NCBI RefSeq assembly: GCF_009914755.1
Contig: NC_060938.1
Source: the human T2T-CHM13v2.0 reference genome, Homo sapiens
Reading direction: 5' to 3' (one strand)
DNA: 64,000 bases
The notes under the pieces were generated by a model that saw only the letters and a program-made list of their open reading frames with translations, was not told where the DNA came from and did not search any database. Position numbers and translations under genes: made by a program. This document shows, in pieces, positions 55,934-64,000 of the stretch. The stretch's first letter is position 1. Every line of letters begins with the position of its first letter.

Positions 55934-57409
55934 TTTCAAAGTTTCATCTCAGAAATGAAAAGGTGGAGGTGGAGGGTTAGTGGAGAGGAGGGTCAGCTCA
56001 TCAGCTTAGAGGCAATTTAGGTCCACCTTCCGTGCAGAGCTGGCTTAAGACATCCCTGCCAGGTTTCATATTACTAAAGCTTAGGGAGAAGAAAAAAAGA
56101 GAAACAAAAGTCGACTTCAATGCCCCTCTCAGAAACCTCCAGAGAACCTATCACACCATCCTGCCTCCAAGCATTTTCCACATTGTGTGTGGGCCCTTAA
56201 GAAGGAAGAAATATGCAAATTTTTTTTCTAAAAGGTAAATTAGGTTTAAGCATATGAAAACGCAATATTAAATTTTACAATATGTTTTGGGTTTTCATCC
56301 AAACACAAAGCTTAGCACGGGATCTTGAGAGTGGAGTCAATCTGAGATTATTGTGGCTGGAAGGAGAGTTCATAAAGAAACCAATTTCCTCCTACACCTG
56401 TTTTCTGGGCTAGGAAAGATGGAAGGGTGGAAAGAGCTAAAAGGTCAAAAGGAACTAAAAGGAAAAACCAACACTAGTGCAGTGATGGGGAGCTAGCCAT
56501 ATAAAGCAAAAATGAAAGCGTTATGCCTTTACACCCCCCCCCACGTGAAATAATATTCAGCACACTTTTGTTAGTTTTATTATTTCTGTGGCAAAATTAT
56601 ATCAAATGCATGTATTGCACATGGTAAAATGTGTTCATCATATATAATTTTAAATGTCACTTTTGTTTGAAGTTTCTATGAAAGATAAATTTTCCAATAT
56701 TACATATATTATATATTTTGATAATAGCCATCATAATCCATAGCACATTAATATATATATCAGTAAGAGAGAAATTAGGAAACAATTCAAGCAAAAACCT
56801 TCTGATGTAACAGGAATATATATGTATACACATACATACACACACACATATGCAGACTTAAAAACAAGTGGTTTTTCCCATTGCTTATAACTTATCTTGC
56901 CATAATTAATGTACTTAAATTATAAATAACAATTACCGTGTAAGTCATTACCTTCTTCCTGCTTTTGCTTTATTTTCATAAATCTCCATAGAAGTAGATA
57001 AAAATGTATTTAACTGGATCTGATCATTCATATAAACAGTAAATTCAGCATAAATTTAAATACTACAATGTAAACATACCCACAAGAGTCTATGTTTTCT
57101 TTTGAAAAAGTAAAAATTTTCAGACTGACCTGGAAATAAATTTTAAAATAGCAAAGGACTTACAAATCTCTCTATAATCATCTGTAATAGGATGACCAAA
57201 ATAGTAAATGCCAGCAAGTGCTATAATCTAGGCCACACTTTTAATGGAAGGAACTGAAATCCTACAATTATAAATTGATAAACAGTCAAAGGTAAATTTC
57301 TGCTAGTCATGAACACTCTTGGCATATATGATAAAAGATGTTTTAATCTTTCAATAGTCATTTTAGACGTTATTAACAATTTACAGAAATTATTTTGAAG
57401 AAAGGATAA

Positions 57410-57695
<286 letters not shown>

Positions 57696-59057
57696 GGAAG
57701 GAAGGATAACTTTTAAAGCATTTTTATGTTTGCATGTTTAGTCTACCAGTTTTCACAAACCCAAATATTCAAATTTACAAACTATGAGTTGCAATGTATG
57801 CCTCAAATCTATTCTGAAAGAATAAAGAAAAGACACAACTTAATAAATGAAGATTGAAGGTCATTATTTGATTCATAAAATAGTTTATCATGATAGCCCT
57901 TCACATAGCCAGTTTCTCTAGTAGTTGTAAATTATAATTCGATTTGTTATAAAACAAAATTTGTTTTTTGTGCGCTCTTCAGGAATTTTTTAATGCATCA
58001 AGCAGAGGGTATCTATCTGTGATCCCAGATGAGTTTTGATATATGAGCCATATGGATTTTGATCATCTGATCAAATCAGATTAGCTATTTATACTAATTG
58101 AGTATACAATTAGTTATTCACGTGTTGTGGTTTTTTTTTTTTTTAAAAAAAGCCAAATCGTTTGTAAAGTAGTTCATGGGATGATCACTTACAGTCCTTG
58201 TGTCTGATGCTAGAATAGCTATACCAAGTAATAACATTAAAACTAAATATGATCACTGGGTATAAATTTTATTCAAAGATAAGCAGTCTGAAAATACCAT
58301 ATCAGTCTATACACTTTGGAAGGGTTAGTAAAATAAAATCCATGGAATCTAGTCTTCTGTACTTTAATTAGCAGAAAGGGATCAGAAAATCTGGGCTTTA
58401 GTCGTCTTTTTATGGCAGGAATAAGACACCTAATCTTTCTATTCACCTATTTGAAGTTACCACTGAAAGATGCTGAAAGAAGGGGAAATGATCTTTTTCC
58501 CCTCTGGGAAATTAGTATATTTTACCTATCTCCTTGGGCTAAAAGTAACTTGGCTGCTTGGAAAGCCAAGAATATTTAAGCTTTTATAGTCAAGGGCCAA
58601 TGTTACTTTGTACAAACACCAGCACTGTTTACAAAGAGTTGACCCCAAGAAATTTAAACAGTGTTAGTGTTTAAAAGCATCTGGCTTCTAGCCAACCAGG
58701 TGATAAGAAATGGCACCTGAGAAAGAAAAAGCATGCTCTTAATATTCCATTTTCAGGGAAGTTGTTTTGAGTATTTAACTGCCAAGTCATCAGCCACCCC
58801 ATTTGGAATGCTGACACAGCCTTTCTGTTTCAATAGTAGGCAATGGCAGACATTGCTAATTTACCTTTCAGCTCAAAGGGGCTGGGTGTCTGTATGAGAA
58901 GACAGGGCAGAGTCCACTCTTCATTGGCCTCAGGTGCCAGGCTGCATCCCAGGACTAATTTTGAGGCTCAACTCTTTGGAAAGGCACTGAACCTCTTTGG
59001 AGAAAGTCTTAAGTAATTTCAACATATATATTCAAATTTTAGAATTTGTCTATGATC

Positions 59058-59213
59058 TGTGTGTGTGTGTGTGTGTGTCTCTGTGTCTCTCCCTGTGTCT
59101 CCCTCTCTCTCGGTCTGTCTGTTTTTCTGTCTTTGTCTCTCTGAGTCTGTGTGTGTCTGTCTATCTCTCTGTATGTTTCTCTCTGTCTCTGTCTTTCTCT
59201 TTCTCCTTCTCCC
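59058..59213. repeat. (GT)n followed by a CT/GT-rich low-complexity tract
   Basis: Direct reading. Confidence 0.9.
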
Positions 59214-59234
59214 TACAGCATTATACTGTACTCG

Positions 59235-59650
59235 GCAGTACAGCACAGTGGTTTAAAGCACGGACTTTGGAGCAGACTGCCAGGAGTCATTTCTGACCTC
59301 ATCATTTTCTAGCTGCGTGACCTTGGGTAAATCTTTTGAAATCTCTATGACTCAATTTTCTCATCTCTAAAATAGAAATATACACCTATATAGTGGAACT
59401 ATCATGAGAAATAAATGAGTTTATACCCATAAAGATCTTATAACTGTGACTGGCATATAGTAAGCATCATATATATTAGCTATCAGTACTATTTTTATGC
59501 AGACATAGAACGCTTTGAGCTTCAGTTTCCTCCTCTGTAAAATGGGCTCATACTCTCTATTTCATAGTATTGCTGTGATGGTTAAGTGAGATCACATATT
59601 AAAATATTTTACGAAGGCCTGGCACATCGTGGGTACACAATAAATATTAA
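59235..59650 (+). mobile_element. Two tandem MIR elements
   Basis: CTAGCTGCGTGACCTTGGGTAAATC and GAGCTTCAGTTTCCTCCTCTGTAAAATGGG cores. Confidence 0.8.
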
Positions 59651-60541
59651 TTTTCTTCTCCTAGCCCTGCCCCTGCTCTGTCCATTGTTTTTTACTGAAG
59701 TTGATTTACACTTTCACTCTCCATTCACACTCTTGGAGCTTCACTGTGGCAATTGCTTTTACAGGTCTCCTTTAATTCTTTCAACCACGGGTAATGATCA
59801 CGTGAGGCAGACCTTGTGTGCCAATGGAATAAGTGGCTTCAGAAGTTCAGTGCTTTGCAGAAAGAGAAGCTGCTCAAGATCAGCAGCTCTTCTTGTCCTT
59901 TAAGGAAGCATGAGCACAGGAAGAGTTTACTTCATACTGGGAAAGGGACCGAGGCTGTTAATCCCCAGGTGTGGGAGGCACTCAGGTCCTGCTTGGTGAA
60001 GTGGAGCAGCCTCAGAGGGATCATAGTGTGATGCCCCATGGGAGGCAGGCCCATTAGCCATTAGGCTTCCCAGCTTCAGCAGATATTCTGGTGCCTCCCA
60101 GCTTGTCCAGAAGCAGCAGAGTCCCCAGCCCCAGAGGGATCACATGTGGGCTTGACTATTGCACATTTCAGCAGTGCCCAGTGGACTGAAGATCAGACCT
60201 CCTTGATGCTGAGCTAAGCCAAAGATCTCCCCTGACTGCATAACTCTGCAGCAGGGGAGCCCCAACAAGACTGAGATTGCATTTCCCACTATTTTTATGA
60301 GGAATAGGGACTCAGAGTAAGATTTACAGTAATTTAAAGCAAATAAAGATTTTTTTAAACCCTTTTGAACAGCTGTGTTGGTGGTTATACATTCAAACCT
60401 GCTACATATTCATTTTACAAATAAGCCTTTCTGTAATTTAAACGTCTAAAAATGCCATGCACACCACAGCCTCAAACCTGCTGCATATTACTTGTCACAC
60501 AAGCTTTCTGTAACATTAACTGCTAAAAATGCCAACCCTGC

Positions 60542-60770
60542 TGTGGTAGTCATTGTTACTGTTTGCCAAATAGTCATGGTTCTCCCCCATTTTAGGCATA
60601 CCACAGGACTGCACTTCCTGCCCCCTTGTGGTTGTAGTGGGGCTGTGTGACTAATTCTGGTTGTGAACAAAAAAGCAATTATCATCTCAGTCAGAGCTAA
60701 TACTAGACACTCAAGGGTTTTCTCTTTTTCCCTCTGGCCCCATGACCATCAGCATTCAGGATGACTCTGA
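60542..60770 (+). mobile_element. MLT1 (MaLR) LTR 5' part
   Basis: TGTGGTAG start; GGACTGCACTTCCTGCCCCCTTG..GGGGCTGTGTGACTAATTCTGG. Confidence 0.6.
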
Positions 60771-62269
60771 CACATACAAAGTAAAGTTACTAAAAACTGT
60801 AATTGAAGAGTTTTAATTCCTTCCATAAATACTGCATTTAATTTTCAAGTTCTATTCTCTTCGTCCTTTGTTTTCCAAAGACATACTATGTATGTCTAAG
60901 ATCACTAGTTCTTGAAGCAATTCATCAACAAATCATAGAGAAGACAAAACAAATTGTTGGAAAGAAACATTATGAGTGGCACAGAGAACCAGAGAGAACA
61001 CAAAATTTGAAACTCGTTAGAATGCATCCATAAAACACAGACTCCAGAATACACGTTCAATACATCCACATCTTGAATGAGTACTATTGCCAAAAGCAAT
61101 TTCAGAAATGACTTTGTCTTTAATTTCAAGAACTATTAATCTGCAGGAAATATATTCACAAGGTTTTATTTCATCATTATTTTCAGTATCTGTGATTCCC
61201 ATCAGTAGAACTTGCTTTTTAAATGCCCTGAAATAATACAGAGGTACCAAAGTGGACATTCATCCTTTTTTTTTTTTAGTACCCAGCTGATGTGAGAGGA
61301 GGCTCCTGACAGAAAGAGCATACATTTCAAGAGAGAAGCTAAAAAGATCGCACCAAATAACTTTTATGCTCCAATTCATTTTCTTTTGTCTCACCTTTGC
61401 AGTGACCACCCTGTATGGATTGTCATTGATTCACCTAGACACAGCCTGACAGCACCTCACCTCATGCCAATGCTGGGCACCTCTAACCTCCTGCACCAGC
61501 ATTTCCTTGTTGGTGCTGAGACATGAAAATGCATTTGCTTGGCTCAAGCACGTACAACCTGAAAGTGCAGGGGACAGATGTAACACTGGGCAAACCTGTG
61601 ACAATGGGAAACAGGAGCTAGGGTATAAATTCTCCATTCCATTCTGAATGGACTTCCCTGAGAAGCTGTCACTTTTGCAGCCTCTTGCCCACAAGATCGT
61701 GCAACTAGTCAGACTGCTCAGTCTTCATGCTAAACTATGGTCAGCTCAGTCACATGCCCTCATATGTATACACCAGTACATAAAACCCTGCCTCTGCCTC
61801 AGGCTCTCTTTTCTGAAGAGCTCAGGTTAAGATGCCAATTTTCCCAGTCTCCTCACTTGGTCACTGGCACATACCCCTGCTCCACCAATCACAGCATCCA
61901 TTCCAAATTTTGAATGGGAAGCCAAGTGGAGAAATCCTGGGCCATGTCTGCAATGGATATCAGCAGCTGTAACAGTAGTTGCAGCCACATTTTCCATTGT
62001 CCGTTTCAGTGATACGGGCTGTATAAACCTCAAGTTAAATATTTCCATTGTGGAAATTATGGGTTTGATTCTCCCCTGTTATCCATAAATGTATAACAGA
62101 ACTTCGTATGTCCCCCTGGCTACCCCATAGCATTATCCCACGAAGGGTCAATTGCATTATAGTCTATCTTGCTGGCACCTCTCCAGTTGTGCTGTGAAAA
62201 AAAAAAAGTCCTCTTCTGAATGCCAAGGGGGAAAAGAGCCTCAAGTAACATTTAAAGTCTCTACTAGTT

Positions 62270-62640
62270 CCATATTCCTATGCCACCCAGGTATTCATCA
62301 TAGCATCACTGGTAATAATAAAATAATGTAATCAACTCAAATGTCCCAAAAATAGGAAAATGGTTTAGTAAATCACAATGTATCCATTGGGTAGAATACA
62401 CTTTAGATATTAAAATTATGGCTATTGCTATGAAGACTACAAAGTGATGAGAAAAATCCTATGTTCTAATATTAAGTGGTGAAAAAAATCAGAATTCTAG
62501 ATTGTATACGGATGTCTACTACAATTACATATTTTTTAATGCAGGGGGAAAATAGTTAAGATACTCAAAATTCAAAAAATGGTGATAAGAGGAGTGAAAT
62601 TATAAGTAATCTTCCATTTTCCAAGTGTTCTGAAATATAA
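62270..62640 (+). mobile_element. L1ME 3' end
   Basis: TATTCATCATAGCATC..CAAATGTCCC..ATGGTTTAGTAAAT. Confidence 0.6.
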
Positions 62641-62665
62641 TTTGCTAATATTAAAGTGAATACAA

Positions 62666-62690
62666 ACACACACACACACACACACACACA
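62666..62690. repeat. (AC)n microsatellite
   Basis: Direct reading. Confidence 0.9.
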
Positions 62691-63903
62691 TGACAAACCC
62701 TGAAACCCTTTCCCAGATCTTTATTCTCCAGCATGGCTTGTTTTATGTGCAATGTGCTGGAGTGTGCCGCCTGCCTGCACACCATCTTTTTAGCAATCGC
62801 AATTATCTCCTTTCCATGGAATGTGATGAAGCCTGACTAAAGGTCTCTAATTCTTCTGTCTTTCCATGTTCTCATAAATAATAAAACAGGGCTCCATGAC
62901 AACAAGCACATAAAAAGTTTTGTAAAATCTCAAAGTAGCCCTAAAATGTTTACATTCTTAAGCTAATAAAGTGCTCTAAGTACAGTTATTTGGACATCAG
63001 TATTACTTGCTTCTATGCAGTGGAGCCAAGTGATAAGAACATCCATGCTTGGACAGTCCCTACAAATGCATCTTCATCTGACTACTACTACTCCTCCCTC
63101 AGCTGTTTCAAAAGGATTTTCTTCTCTGGGAAGGCTTCTCTGCTAACCCCATCCTCCTTCCTGGAGGAGCCAGGTATTTGCTCCATAATAGCTCTTTCCC
63201 TGCTGTGTAATCTTCTCGACAGTGCATACTTAAGTTCCTCAAAGGTGGTGACTGCATTTTGTTCACCAAGGTATGACCAGTGCTTCTCAGAGTACCTGTC
63301 ACATACCAGGCAATTAAAACACATTAAAGGTTGAAGAAATCATTGTAACAAACAAAAGTTTTCATCAGAAGCCTAGGATCACTTTCTCAAAGTACGAGCA
63401 AGGCACAAACACTCAAGATAGGTTGACTTGTCTCAGGACCAGAAATGTAATAACTTGCCCAGTGCAAAGTTTACAAAGAAGGAAACTGAGGCTAGAGGGC
63501 TAAACAGATGGTTCAGAGGCCCCTCGATGAGTCTCTGGAAGCCCTTCTCACTCTCAGTGGATCATCTTTCCCCTGACCCTGTGCAATGCCATCTTCGGCT
63601 ATGTGGCTTTCTAACTGCTCCTTATGTGCAATCAAATCAAATCTACTCATGTTGCCATCCCTCCCCACCACCTTTCCAAATCAGACCATATGCTTCTCTT
63701 CTTATCCTTCTTTCTGTCTTCCTCTGGCTGAGCCCTGGGCTTGGTAGACAGAAGGAATGCCCATCAAGGGTTCTGTTAAATTTAAATCCAAGACGATGTC
63801 TATTTTCCAAAGTTTGTGTGAGTTATGTTTCTGGTGTAATCAGTAACTGACTACTTATCCAATCTGTCAACTGTTACTCCTAATCTTTTGGAAGAGGCAG
63901 TGG

Positions 63904-63905
63904 AA

Positions 63906-63944
<39 letters not shown>

Positions 63945-63946
63945 AT
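63904..63946. repeat. (AATA)n tetranucleotide repeat
   Basis: Direct reading. Confidence 0.9.
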
Positions 63947-64000
63947 GATTTCATGGTGTCTTTAGATAAGAGTAAATGGATGGAATTATATATTTTTTCT

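Noticed and set aside
58997-59296. Hydrophobic ORFs ([10 protein letters not shown]...)
   Set aside because: Translation of a GT/CT microsatellite
62990-63850. 114-aa and 140-aa ORFs
   Set aside because: TTG starts, partial MIR/L2-like content, no homology recognised

Overview
Primate (very probably human) genomic DNA. The only protein-coding sequence I can support is the first coding exon of SLC35F4 on the minus strand (ATG 54765, GT donor after 54663, MDVKAAPNGVATIEDRILRITGYYGYYPGYSSQK). It sits in a CpG island (~53860-55340) with a (CCG)9 5'-leader repeat, an out-of-frame overlapping uORF and a near-consensus REST/RE1 site just inside intron 1. Positions 1-54662 are intron 1, mostly transposon relics (Alu, L1, L2, MIR, ERVL/MaLR LTRs, hAT elements) plus a diverged 7SK retrocopy. 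The most interesting unexplained signals are: (i) a 53-codon stop-free, coding-like in-frame stretch upstream of the SLC35F4 AUG with in-frame CUGs and apparent similarity to the SLC35F3 N-terminus; and (ii) several locally templated DNA-repair-like scars, namely an inverted 130-bp copy of a neighbouring Alu placed in an L1 G-tract, a patchwork copied from 2-4 sites 4.5-7.3 kb away, a perfect 84-bp tandem duplication, and an AT-rich palindromic scar later hit by an Alu. I found no prokaryote-type system, CRISPR array or intact mobile-element ORF. Repeat subfamily names and boundaries were assigned by eye against remembered consensus sequences and are approximate.
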